Assembly (NCBI GenBank): GCA_937903135.1
Contig: CALDAH010000024.1
Coordinates: 18,471 to 82,470 of the forward strand
DNA: 64,000 bases
Direction: 5' to 3'
From: an uncultured Alphaproteobacteria bacterium
GTDB taxonomy: Bacteria; Pseudomonadota; Alphaproteobacteria; Rs-D84
Position 1 is the first letter of the stretch, and every line of letters starts with the position of its first letter. The notes beneath the pieces are model-generated. The model worked only from the letters and a program-made list of their open reading frames with translations. It did no database searches and had not been told where the DNA came from. A program made the translations under genes and the position numbers. This document shows positions 9,661-18,348 of the stretch, in pieces.

Positions 9661-10878
9661 ATGACATTTAACGATATTTTAAAAGAATCTTGGCTGTCGA
9701 TCAGCGGTAATAAAATTCGTTCGTTTTTAACCGTTCTCGGGATTGTTATCGGTGTTATGGCGGTGGTTATAATGGTTGCAGTCGGTGAAACGGTTCAGCG
9801 TCAGATTACCGATCAGTTTTCATCACTCGGGACAAATACGATAATGATTCGTGCCGGCGCGGCCCAGAGTGCAGGCGTTCGCACCGGGAATCGTCAAACA
9901 TTAACGATTGACGATGCCGAATTTATCGGCAAGCTGCCCGATGTTATGGCCGTAACCCCGGTTCAGAATAGCGGCGCCCAGGCGATATATGGTAATAAAA
10001 ACTGGGCAACGTCCATGGTCGGCGCATATCCCGATTATACGATTGTTCAAAACATAGAAATGCAAAGCGGTACGTTCTTTGACACATCGGCGGTTCGTAA
10101 TGCATCCACATACGCCGTAATTGGCCCGACAACGGCCCAGGAACTCGGGCTGCCCGAAAACCCCGTCGGCGAGGTAATTCGCGTCCAGAATACGCCGTTC
10201 GTAATTATCGGCGTAACCAAGGCCAAAGGTGACTCTGCCATGGGCAGCCAGGATGATATGATAATTATCCCGATTACAACGCTTAAAAAACGCCTCCAGG
10301 GGAGCCGTTTCCCGAACTCGGTTAGTATGATCGCATTAAAGCTATACGAGGACGCAGATAATACCCTGGCGATTGAAATGATAACCGCCCTATTACGGAA
10401 TCGGCATAAGCTAAAAGAAAACGCGGTTGATGATTTCCAGATAATGGATATGAAACAGGTTATGGAAACAATGAATACTGTAACGGGCTATCTAAAGCTT
10501 TTATTAATCGCGATTGCGGCTGTATCGTTGCTGGTCGGTGCAATCGGTATTATGAATATGATGCTGGTATCCGTTGCCGAACGAACGCGCGAAATCGGTA
10601 TCCGCAAAGCGATCGGCGCACGCGAACGGCAGATAATTATCCAGTTTTTATCAGAATCTATTTTAATATCATTTATCGGATCAATGGCCGGGCTTTTACT
10701 AGGGGTCGGGCTGTCCCAGGGGATCGGGCGATTGGTTTTGGGATATAACGTTCCGTTTAGTATATGGCCCGTTTTATTGTCGGTATCCGTTGCGGTTATC
10801 GTAGGACTGGCATCCGGGGTTGTCCCCGCGCTAAAGGCGGCAAAGCTAAACCCGATTGACAGCCTGCGCTATGAATAA
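9661..10878 (+). CDS. MacB-type ABC transporter permease (FtsX-like domain plus periplasmic MacB domain).
   Basis: N-terminal TM, a large periplasmic domain and a C-terminal FtsX 3-TM bundle. The permease is encoded separately from the ATPase. Confidence 0.8.
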   Translation: MTFNDILKESWLSISGNKIRSFLTVLGIVIGVMAVVIMVAVGETVQRQITDQFSSLGTNTIMIRAGAAQSAGVRTGNRQTLTIDDAEFIGKLPDVMAVTPVQNSGAQAIYGNKNWATSMVGAYPDYTIVQNIEMQSGTFFDTSAVRNASTYAVIGPTTAQELGLPENPVGEVIRVQNTPFVIIGVTKAKGDSAMGSQDDMIIIPITTLKKRLQGSRFPNSVSMIALKLYEDADNTLAIEMITALLRNRHKLKENAVDDFQIMDMKQVMETMNTVTGYLKLLLIAIAAVSLLVGAIGIMNMMLVSVAERTREIGIRKAIGARERQIIIQFLSESILISFIGSMAGLLLGVGLSQGIGRLVLGYNVPFSIWPVLLSVSVAVIVGLASGVVPALKAAKLNPIDSLRYE

Positions 10879-10879
10879 A

Positions 10880-10905
10880 AAACGCCCCACCGGGGCGTTT
10901 TTTAT
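10880..10905 (+). terminator. Rho-independent terminator after the efflux operon.
   Basis: acgccccaccggggcgt stem followed by a T6 run. Confidence 0.7.
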
Positions 10906-11057
10906 TCGGCGGCCCGTCTTTATCCGCCCGGGGGAAATTCTGCAATAAATTCCGATTAAATCACCAAAAACGGGTCGGAAAATGGCCGGGCGGCCATTAT
11001 ATCCCGGGCCAACGACCCACCCGCCACCTGGATTTATCGTTATACGGCCCGTGGTTA

Positions 11058-11092
11058 AAAAATATACCCACCTGATATGGTGGGTATTTATT
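11058..11092 (-). terminator. Rho-independent terminator after infC.
   Basis: On the minus strand a tacccacc/ggtgggta stem is followed by a T-run. Confidence 0.6.
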
Positions 11093-11639
11093 ACTTCGCC
11101 GGGGCGACAATTATTGATTTGGTTCGTTCATCGGGCTTTGATTTAGATTCCAATGCCCCACGTTCGCCGATAATTTCCAGAATACGTGCAAATAATTCCG
11201 GCACTGCATCCTTGCCGCGCGCCAAAACCTTTTTTGACCCCTTGGTCATAACTGAAATCTTTACCTTATTTCCGTCGGATAAAAATTCCAATACTTTTTT
11301 CATTTTGATATTTAAATCATTTTCTTCAATAAACGGCTTTACCCAGACTTCTTTCATCTCGACCGTTTTTTGATTTTTACGAGCCTCGTTCGCACGTTTT
11401 TTCTGTTCGTATTTAAATTTCCCATAATCCATAATTTTAACAATTGGGGGAATGTTATTAGCGTTGATTTCAACTAAATCCATACCTTCGTCCATTGCAA
11501 TCTGCAATGCCTGCGGCGTAGGCATAACCCCCAGGTTTTGGCCATCTTGGCTGATTACCTGAACAGATTTTGCGAAAATCCGATTATTCATGCGCGGACC
11601 TGTGTCACGGCGATTATCACGGTTAAATGTTGGTCTAAT
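11091..11639 (-). CDS. infC: Translation initiation factor IF-3, with an atypical ATT (AUU) start codon.
   Basis: Conserved IF-3 N- and C-domains are present. Reading upstream of the first in-frame ATG gives aaggagcttaccATT…, which is an SD plus the AUU start characteristic of infC autoregulation. Confidence 0.85.
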   Translation of the reverse strand: MRPTFNRDNRRDTGPRMNNRIFAKSVQVISQDGQNLGVMPTPQALQIAMDEGMDLVEINANNIPPIVKIMDYGKFKYEQKKRANEARKNQKTVEMKEVWVKPFIEENDLNIKMKKVLEFLSDGNKVKISVMTKGSKKVLARGKDAVPELFARILEIIGERGALESKSKPDERTKSIIVAPAK

Positions 11640-11682
11640 GGTAAGCTCCTTTGTATAAACCTGGAATGATTATTAATTATTT

Positions 11683-12459
11683 TTACGCGGTTTTCAACAT
11701 ATTTTGAACAGCCTGCAGCGCTATCCACGTGTCACGCTTTGCCGCGGGTTTTAATAATAAATAATTCGGGTGATATATCGGCACGATGCAATACCCCGCA
11801 TCGCTGTTTATTATTTTACCCATTGAATTGGCCAATGATACGCCGCCGATCTCGGTCGCCGGCAGCGCGCCAAGCGTTAATATCACGCGCGGCGATAGTA
11901 TTTCAATCGCGCGGTCTACGAACGGCCGGGACAGCTCCAGCTCTTCGTGCGATGGCGTCCGTCCCCCGGGCGTACGCCAAAAAAGCATCGGGATAATAGA
12001 AACCACATCACGCGACATTCCAATCGCGGCCAGCATTTTATCCATTAGCTCGCCCGCGTTACCGGATAAAATATTCCCGGACGCGTCATCTTCGCTGCCG
12101 GGGATATCGCTAATGATTACCAGGCCACCGGTATTTGCGGCCGCGTGTGGTAAAACGACATTTGTTGCCCCGGCCCGCAACGGGTGATTAAATTCAGATA
12201 TCATTCGCAGTAACGATGGCATATCCGCCGGTCGTGCGGCCATTGCACGTGCAATCTCAATTGACATCGGCTGAATAGGCGTAATCGGGGGAACAACGGT
12301 TGTTGCAACGCGTCCCGATGGCCCGGCCGTGTCTTTTTTAGGGGTCGGATTGCCATCCGCGGGTTTAGCGATGTTATTTGCGGCAAATACGGACGGTAAA
12401 TCCGTTATTTCCCATACAACCCCGGCCATAGTTAAATCCTGTAACGCGTCATATGACAT
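11683..12459 (-). CDS. Uracil-DNA glycosylase superfamily protein (family-4-like), with an N-terminal extension.
   Basis: The C-terminal domain has GNAGELMDKMLAAIG and HPNYLL motifs resembling the family 4 UDG motifs A and B. Confidence 0.5.
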   Translation of the reverse strand: MSYDALQDLTMAGVVWEITDLPSVFAANNIAKPADGNPTPKKDTAGPSGRVATTVVPPITPIQPMSIEIARAMAARPADMPSLLRMISEFNHPLRAGATNVVLPHAAANTGGLVIISDIPGSEDDASGNILSGNAGELMDKMLAAIGMSRDVVSIIPMLFWRTPGGRTPSHEELELSRPFVDRAIEILSPRVILTLGALPATEIGGVSLANSMGKIINSDAGYCIVPIYHPNYLLLKPAAKRDTWIALQAVQNMLKTA

Positions 12460-12536
12460 TTGTGTTTTCCCTTGATATTGCGAACGTTTTATTATACACT
12501 ATAACACGAGCAACAGAAACTCAAGGGAGTATTTTC

Positions 12537-12956
12537 ATGAAAATTAAAAACATTGCTATGTTGGCGGGCGTTGCGGGTATTTTGGCCGCATGTGGTGGGT
12601 CAACAAAGATCGTAGAACCGGCGGATTTAAATGATCAGCGCGTATTTTTCGCGTTTAATTCATCTGAAATTTCTGATGAAGCGCGCGATAACCTGTTAGG
12701 TCAGGCGCTGTATATGAAAAATCACGCAGATACAAAAATCCAAATCGCAGGTAATTGCGACGAACGTGGTTCAACAGAATACAACTTGGCATTGGGTGCA
12801 CGTCGTGCCAACGCAGCCAAGACTGTTATTGTAAAAGACGGTGTAGAAGCGAATCGTATTTCAACAATTTCATACGGCAAAGAACGTCCATTGGTAAAAG
12901 GAACGGGCGAAGCTGTATGGCAGTGGAATCGTAACGCAACAACAACTGTTAAATAA
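12537..12956 (+). CDS. pal: Peptidoglycan-associated lipoprotein Pal.
   Basis: Lipobox ILAAC and an OmpA-like domain (NCDERGSTEYNLALGARRA). An SD (aagggag) lies upstream. Confidence 0.85.
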   Translation: MKIKNIAMLAGVAGILAACGGSTKIVEPADLNDQRVFFAFNSSEISDEARDNLLGQALYMKNHADTKIQIAGNCDERGSTEYNLALGARRANAAKTVIVKDGVEANRISTISYGKERPLVKGTGEAVWQWNRNATTTVK

Positions 12957-12973
12957 TAACGAATGTTATGCGC

Positions 12974-13003
12974 AAAAACACCGGCAAACGCCGGTGTTTT
13001 TTT
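12974..13003 (+). terminator. Terminator of the acaccggcaaacgccggtgt family, after pal.
   Basis: Perfect palindrome followed by a T7 run. Confidence 0.7.
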
Positions 13004-13041
13004 AAATAAATATAGATAATGTGGATGTTTTAAATTTAATT

Positions 13042-13073
13042 AAAAAAAGCCGGTATTTGCCGGCCTTTTTTAA
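13042..13073. terminator. Bidirectional terminator (gccggtatttgccggc) between pal and parB.
   Basis: Inverted repeat flanked by A- and T-runs. Confidence 0.55.
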
Positions 13074-13078
13074 TATGT

Positions 13079-13954
13079 TTATTTTGTTAGTTTTTCAATT
13101 AACTCTTGCATCTGAACGCGCGTGGCAAATGATAATATAAATTGCCCCGCCCCGCCCCGTTTTTCATTTAGCTTTACCGGCACGCCCAAATTGCGGGAAA
13201 TACGCGATTGAATATCACGAACGGTATCCGGGTCTATTGTTTTTTGGCTATACCCGCGGCTGTTTTTTGCCCGGGCGGAATCCTTTACGCGTCGTTCGGT
13301 TTCCGCAACGGATAGTTTTTCTGCGATAATCTCATGCGCCAATACCTCCGGATTTTCGGCAACCGCAATCGTTCGGGCGTGTGACGCGGATATGCTGCCC
13401 TGTTCAACCAATTCCTTTACAGAATCGGGCAGCCCCCCCAGACGCATTATGTTTCGTATATAGCTTTCGGATTTTCCAATTAGCCGCGATACGTCCGCCA
13501 GTTCATATCCGCATTTTTCCATAAGGTTTTTATATGCGGCCGATTCTTCAATCGGGTTCAGATTTTCGCGCTGAACGTTTTCAATCAGCGCAATTTCCAT
13601 CGCGTTTTCATTTGATAATGTTTTTATCAACGCTGGGATTTCGTTTAATCCCGCCAATTTACTGGCGCGGAATCGGCGTTCGCCTGCGACGATTTCATAT
13701 AAATACGGCTGTCCCGATACGGCGCGCAGCAAAATCGGCTGTAATACGCCCTTTTCGCGTATTGACGCGGCCAGATCCGTTAATTCATCATCTGAAAATG
13801 TTTTGCGCGGCTGATCCGGGTTTGCGCCGATCTGCGCTAATGGAATCTGTTTAACGACAACGCGTTCTGCACCGGTTAATATGGTTATATCGGGGATTGT
13901 CCCCATTTCTTGTTTTAAATCGGCCAATCCACGACCCAGTCCGAATTTAGACAT
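13079..13954 (-). CDS. parB: Chromosome partitioning protein ParB.
   Basis: GLGRGL motif, ParB-box, HTH and a C-terminal dimerisation region. The start is chosen at MSKFGLGRGL, where a GGGGG SD is well spaced. Confidence 0.85.
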   Translation of the reverse strand: MSKFGLGRGLADLKQEMGTIPDITILTGAERVVVKQIPLAQIGANPDQPRKTFSDDELTDLAASIREKGVLQPILLRAVSGQPYLYEIVAGERRFRASKLAGLNEIPALIKTLSNENAMEIALIENVQRENLNPIEESAAYKNLMEKCGYELADVSRLIGKSESYIRNIMRLGGLPDSVKELVEQGSISASHARTIAVAENPEVLAHEIIAEKLSVAETERRVKDSARAKNSRGYSQKTIDPDTVRDIQSRISRNLGVPVKLNEKRGGAGQFILSFATRVQMQELIEKLTK

Positions 13955-14732
13955 TTTCTGCATCCCCCTGCTCTGTTCGTTCAATAACCTCGGTCGCGAC
14001 GCGCAGGTATGCCTGTGCGCCGGTTGAGTTAAAATCATAAAATAATGCGGGCTTTCCGTGGCTGGGTGCTTCGGATACACGGACATTTCGCGGTACAACG
14101 GTTTTAAATACCGTATCACCAAATGCGCGTCGTACATCGTCATCCACCGCACGGGTTAGCCCATAGCGTTTATCGTACATCGTTAATAATACGCCAAGTA
14201 CATTTAAATCAGGATTCCATTTCTGTTGAACAATGGATATTGTATCGGTTAGCTGCTGCACCCCTTCCAGGGCGAAAAATTCACATTGCAGCGGGATTAT
14301 AACAGAATCTGCGGCGGTTAGTGCATTTATCGTTAAATACCCCAGTGCCGGCGGGCAATCAATTAATATATAATCATAATGATCCCGAATTTGGTTTAAT
14401 GCATCGCGAAGACGATATTCGCGGTTTTCAATGTCGAGCAGATCCACCTCGGCCCCGGCGAGTGCCTGGGATGACGGCAGGATATGCATACCCGTTACGG
14501 CCGTAGATAAAATATTGTCGGCCGCGCTGGCTGTGCCCATTATAACGCCATATGCACTTTGGCGGTGCGATGCGCGAACAAAACCCAGGCCTGTGCCGGC
14601 GTTACCCTGGGGGTCCAGATCAATTAATAAAACGCGTTTTTTAATCGCGGCCAGCGATGCGCCGATATTAATTGCGGTGGTCGTTTTGCCAACCCCGCCC
14701 TTTTGATTTGCAAATGCTATTATTTTCGTCAT
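13947..14732 (-). CDS. parA: Chromosome partitioning ATPase ParA (Soj).
   Basis: Deviant Walker A KGGVGKTT. Confidence 0.9.
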   Translation of the reverse strand: MTKIIAFANQKGGVGKTTTAINIGASLAAIKKRVLLIDLDPQGNAGTGLGFVRASHRQSAYGVIMGTASAADNILSTAVTGMHILPSSQALAGAEVDLLDIENREYRLRDALNQIRDHYDYILIDCPPALGYLTINALTAADSVIIPLQCEFFALEGVQQLTDTISIVQQKWNPDLNVLGVLLTMYDKRYGLTRAVDDDVRRAFGDTVFKTVVPRNVRVSEAPSHGKPALFYDFNSTGAQAYLRVATEVIERTEQGDAENV

Positions 14733-14841
14733 ATCATTTCCTAAGATTAATAACGTTTAATAGCATATTAAATACCGATAACCCAGTCAAGTTATATGTT
14801 TTTGTTTGTAAAAAAATACGTAAAAATAATATGTTATGCGT

Positions 14842-14857
14842 TGTTTCATGTGAAATG
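14842..14857. promoter_or_regulatory. parS-like near-palindrome tgTTTCATGTGAAAtg.
   Basis: It matches the parS consensus TGTTTCACGTGAAACA except for a central C to T change. It lies in the parA-rsmG intergenic region. Confidence 0.45.
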
Positions 14858-14969
14858 ATGTGGCGCGCGTCGCGCTTTTGTGATAAAATAAAATATGCCG
14901 TTTTTGCCGGCATATTCTAATCGTTTGTGCGAAATATTTAAAAATGTCGTTCTTTCAATATGTTATTTT

Positions 14970-15545
14970 TTATTTCATGTGAAATTGCCGGCAATTTTCA
15001 ATAATTGTTATATATCCATCCCCGGTCTTTGATGGGATTAATTTATAATCAAATTTATATTTTGTTTTGGCGGTCGCGATTTCGGATTCAATTTCCCGGC
15101 CTTTTAATAGAAAAAGCCGGCAATTTGTTTTCGCAACATAGTCCAAAATTTTTATTAACGGTGCAAATGCCCGTGCGGTAAATACCAAATCATTATGTCC
15201 ACGGGGCAGGGATGCAACATAATCTTCAACGCGGCCGTGGTATACGCAGAGATTCGGCAGATCAAGACCGTCCTTTAACGCGGATAAAAATGCGGCCTTT
15301 TTCCCGATGGATTCAATGCATGTAACGTCCCGGCCCAGGATTGCCAGTACGACACCCGGGAATCCTGCGCCGCTGCCGAGATCCGCGATTTTAACGCCCG
15401 CGGGTATTACGTCGGCCAGTTGGGCCGAATCGGCAAAATGACGTTCGGTTATATTGGACAGCGTGCTTGGCGCGACTAAATTCATACGGCCCGACCAGTC
15501 GCGTAGCATAGATTCGTATTGTTCAAATTTGACTTTGTTCTTCAT
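14970..15545 (-). CDS. rsmG: 16S rRNA (guanine527-N7)-methyltransferase RsmG (GidB).
   Basis: SAM-binding motif DLGSGAGFPG. The rsmG-parA-parB gene order is conserved. Confidence 0.85.
   Translation of the reverse strand: MKNKVKFEQYESMLRDWSGRMNLVAPSTLSNITERHFADSAQLADVIPAGVKIADLGSGAGFPGVVLAILGRDVTCIESIGKKAAFLSALKDGLDLPNLCVYHGRVEDYVASLPRGHNDLVFTARAFAPLIKILDYVAKTNCRLFLLKGREIESEIATAKTKYKFDYKLIPSKTGDGYITIIENCRQFHMK
14971..14986. promoter_or_regulatory. Second parS-like site, taTTTCATGTGAAAtt, overlapping the last codons of rsmG.
   Basis: It has the same TTTCATGTGAAA core as the site at 14842. Confidence 0.4.
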
Positions 15546-15566
15546 AATCGCTATTCTAACATAATC

Positions 15567-17186
15567 ATGAGAAAAATAGAATGTTTATTTGTTGGCGCGT
15601 GTGCATTGGCGGTAATTGTGGTTGCGGGCAATGGTATATGGCGTTATGTTGGCGGCGCAGAATCTGCGAATGTTGTGTATCAAACCCCTGTGACGAAATA
15701 CGGGGCATTTTTGGCGGCGCAGCATGCGATTTATGTAAATGATTTTGATAACGCGGCCAGGTTTTCAAAAACACTGGAAAACACCGACTATGCGATTGTT
15801 AAAAATACGCAGTTTATGTCAGAATTCCTTAGCGGGAAATTACCCGCCGGGGTTGAGATATTAAAGAAAGAAAAAAATACCGCCGCACGTTTAATCTATG
15901 ATGCGTATCTGGCCGAACGGGGCGATTGGGACGAGATGTATAAGCGTCATAAAAATGACGAGTCTGCATTGGCATCGCCGCTGCGAATATGGTCGTCGGT
16001 TGCGACCAAGCGGCAAAAGGATGCGTTAAAGTTTATTGACACGCTGCAGACAAACGATTCATGGAAAGCGTTTGTTCGCGGCCAGATTTATGCTGTGTCA
16101 GGGGACGCGGCTGCGGCCGCAAAATCGTTTGCGGATGTTCGTACGGATTTTCTGAATATTAATGATTATTTATATATTATGTCGTTTTATCGTCATAATA
16201 ACATGAATGATGCGGCCGATGATCTGCGTGATGATTTTACGTCTCGGCCGGGTGGGATGTTTATGCTGGGGTATGATAATATCCCGGATTGGTCTTCTTT
16301 TTCCGGGTATAAAAACGCATTGGCGTTTAGCTTGTTGCAAAATGTTTCCCATACCCAGATTATGATGTATTCTGATTTGGCGATCCTGATGCTGCGTTTC
16401 GCAGAAATTGTCGGCCCGGGTTTCGCAAAGGATAATGATGCAATTAATTATTATATCGGCCAGTTCTTTTATAATAACAGCGGGGATTATCAGAAACATT
16501 TTGATAAAATATCACATAATAGCCCGTTTTATTCGTTCGCTATTTTACGCGCCGCGGAAAAGAATAACGATATATCAAGGCTTGAACGCGAGGTTGAAAA
16601 TAACCCGTTATTTGTTCCGGCGCTAAATAAACTAATTGCGTATCATATTCAAAATGGTAATCGTTCACGGGCATTACAGACCGTTAATCGGGCGATAAAA
16701 ACCAAGAACTTAAATGACGTCGGCCAGGCATTTTTTAAAAAGAGCAGGGCGCATATTTACTATGTTTTCGGGGATTTAGATAAAGCGCAGTCGGACCTGC
16801 GGGCGGCATCAGATGTTTTGGCGACCGACGGCGAGATTTTATCGCTCCAGGCAAAAATCTGGGCGGCACGTAATCGCGAGATTGATAATGCATATGAATA
16901 TGCCATGACGTTGGTGCGACAAAACCCGGCGGATATTTTTGCGTGGGATACACTCGGGCGGGTCGTTCATGCCCGCGAAGGCGCAGACGAGGCGCTGGAT
17001 ATACTTGCGCGCGTCGGCGAGATGGCAAATTCATGTTCGGCGTTGTTTGAACATTTAGGGGATCTGTATATGGAAAAGGGTAATGAAAAATTAGCGCGTG
17101 ATTCATATATCCGGGCGATTGAATTATCCGATGACGGTTTGATTGTTGTTCCAAATGTTCGTAAAAAGTTAAGGAAAATAAAATGA
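15567..17186 (+). CDS. TPR-repeat protein with an N-terminal membrane anchor.
   Basis: N-terminal TM (LFVGACALAVIVVAG) followed by a C-terminal run of TPR-like helical repeats. Confidence 0.5.
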   Translation: MRKIECLFVGACALAVIVVAGNGIWRYVGGAESANVVYQTPVTKYGAFLAAQHAIYVNDFDNAARFSKTLENTDYAIVKNTQFMSEFLSGKLPAGVEILKKEKNTAARLIYDAYLAERGDWDEMYKRHKNDESALASPLRIWSSVATKRQKDALKFIDTLQTNDSWKAFVRGQIYAVSGDAAAAAKSFADVRTDFLNINDYLYIMSFYRHNNMNDAADDLRDDFTSRPGGMFMLGYDNIPDWSSFSGYKNALAFSLLQNVSHTQIMMYSDLAILMLRFAEIVGPGFAKDNDAINYYIGQFFYNNSGDYQKHFDKISHNSPFYSFAILRAAEKNNDISRLEREVENNPLFVPALNKLIAYHIQNGNRSRALQTVNRAIKTKNLNDVGQAFFKKSRAHIYYVFGDLDKAQSDLRAASDVLATDGEILSLQAKIWAARNREIDNAYEYAMTLVRQNPADIFAWDTLGRVVHAREGADEALDILARVGEMANSCSALFEHLGDLYMEKGNEKLARDSYIRAIELSDDGLIVVPNVRKKLRKIK

Positions 17187-18046
17187 ATGTTGCAGTTATT
17201 GGCGCAGGCGCATGGGGAACAGCGTTGGCAATCACGGCGGCACGTGGCGCGTCGGATGTTGTGTTATGGTCGTATGATGGGAACTGTCGGTCTTTTCCGG
17301 GTGTTATGATGCCGAATAATATAAGCTTAACGCATGATATGGCGCATCTGCGCGGGGCGGATATATGGTTGGTTGTAACGCCTGCGGCGTATTTTCGCGA
17401 TGTTTTGACGAATGCCCGGGAATATTATAATAATCAGCCGATTATTATCTGTACCAAGGGCGCGGAACGCGATAGCGGTCTGTTTATGTCCGAGGTGTTA
17501 AGGGCTGTATTGCCGCAGTGCGATAGATACGGTGTTTTATCCGGCCCGCAGTTCGCGGCCGAGGTTGCGGCTGGAATCCCGACCGGATCAACCCTGGCGG
17601 CGGTGGCGGACGTATGTGCCACGGGCAAAAGCGTTTTGTCGCAATTATACATTGAATGCAGTGATGATATCATCGGGGCCGAGATTTGTGGTGTCGGTAA
17701 AAACGCGGTCGCGTTAATCTGTGGATATAACAGTGTTATGGCGGCCGGGGAAAATGAACGTGCGCTGATAGTTACCCGCGCCTGGGGCGAGGTTGTGCGC
17801 ATCGGCCAGGCCATCGGTGCGAAAACGCAAACGTTTTTAGAATTATGTGGCATCGGGGATTTATTTTTATCGGCAACGTCGCATACCAGTCGTAATTTTG
17901 CCGGCGGTGCGGCAATTGCGCGCGGTGATACCCCTGAGGGCACGGTTGAAGGGATATATGCGCTGCGTGCGCTGGTATCGCGCGCGGACAGTGTCGGGGT
18001 TGATGTTCCCGTATTGCGTGATATGCTGGTTAAGTTAAATATATAA
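17183..18046 (+). CDS. gpsA: Glycerol-3-phosphate dehydrogenase [NAD(P)+] GpsA.
   Basis: Rossmann motif VIGAGAWGTALA and a conserved GpsA C-terminal domain. At 287 aa it is shorter than the canonical protein. Confidence 0.8.
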   Translation: MNVAVIGAGAWGTALAITAARGASDVVLWSYDGNCRSFPGVMMPNNISLTHDMAHLRGADIWLVVTPAAYFRDVLTNAREYYNNQPIIICTKGAERDSGLFMSEVLRAVLPQCDRYGVLSGPQFAAEVAAGIPTGSTLAAVADVCATGKSVLSQLYIECSDDIIGAEICGVGKNAVALICGYNSVMAAGENERALIVTRAWGEVVRIGQAIGAKTQTFLELCGIGDLFLSATSHTSRNFAGGAAIARGDTPEGTVEGIYALRALVSRADSVGVDVPVLRDMLVKLNI

Positions 18047-18072
18047 AACGTCCCATTTTGGGGCGTTTTTTT
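18045..18072 (+). terminator. Rho-independent terminator after gpsA.
   Basis: acgtccc…ggggcgt stem followed by a T8 run. Confidence 0.65.
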
Positions 18073-18137
18073 ATGATAAATATTTGCTTTTCGCGTTTTT
18101 ATTTTGTATCGTTTTTTTATTGATAAAAGGAAAGAGT

Positions 18138-18338
18138 ATGGACGAAAAAAAGTTATCTTTTGAAGAGGCATATAAACAATTAACAGAACTGGTTAAAAAA
18201 ATGGAATCTGGTGAATTATCGCTGGCCGATTCTGTTGCCGCGTATGAACAAGGGATTAAATTAAAAGCATATTGCGAACAGCTGTTAAAAGAGGCTGAAT
18301 TAAAAATTGAAACTTTAAAAATAGATACACAAGCATAA
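18138..18338 (+). CDS. xseB: Exodeoxyribonuclease VII small subunit XseB.
   Basis: 66 aa protein with the XseB signature (LSFEEA…LE…VKKMESGELSL…S…YE.G). Confidence 0.8.
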   Translation: MDEKKLSFEEAYKQLTELVKKMESGELSLADSVAAYEQGIKLKAYCEQLLKEAELKIETLKIDTQA

Positions 18339-18348
18339 TGGATTAGTC

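Noticed and set aside
11739-12187. + strand ORFs (85 and 133 aa) inside the UDG-like gene.
   Set aside because: They are antisense overlap ORFs with compositionally biased translations, and the coding signal lies on the minus strand.
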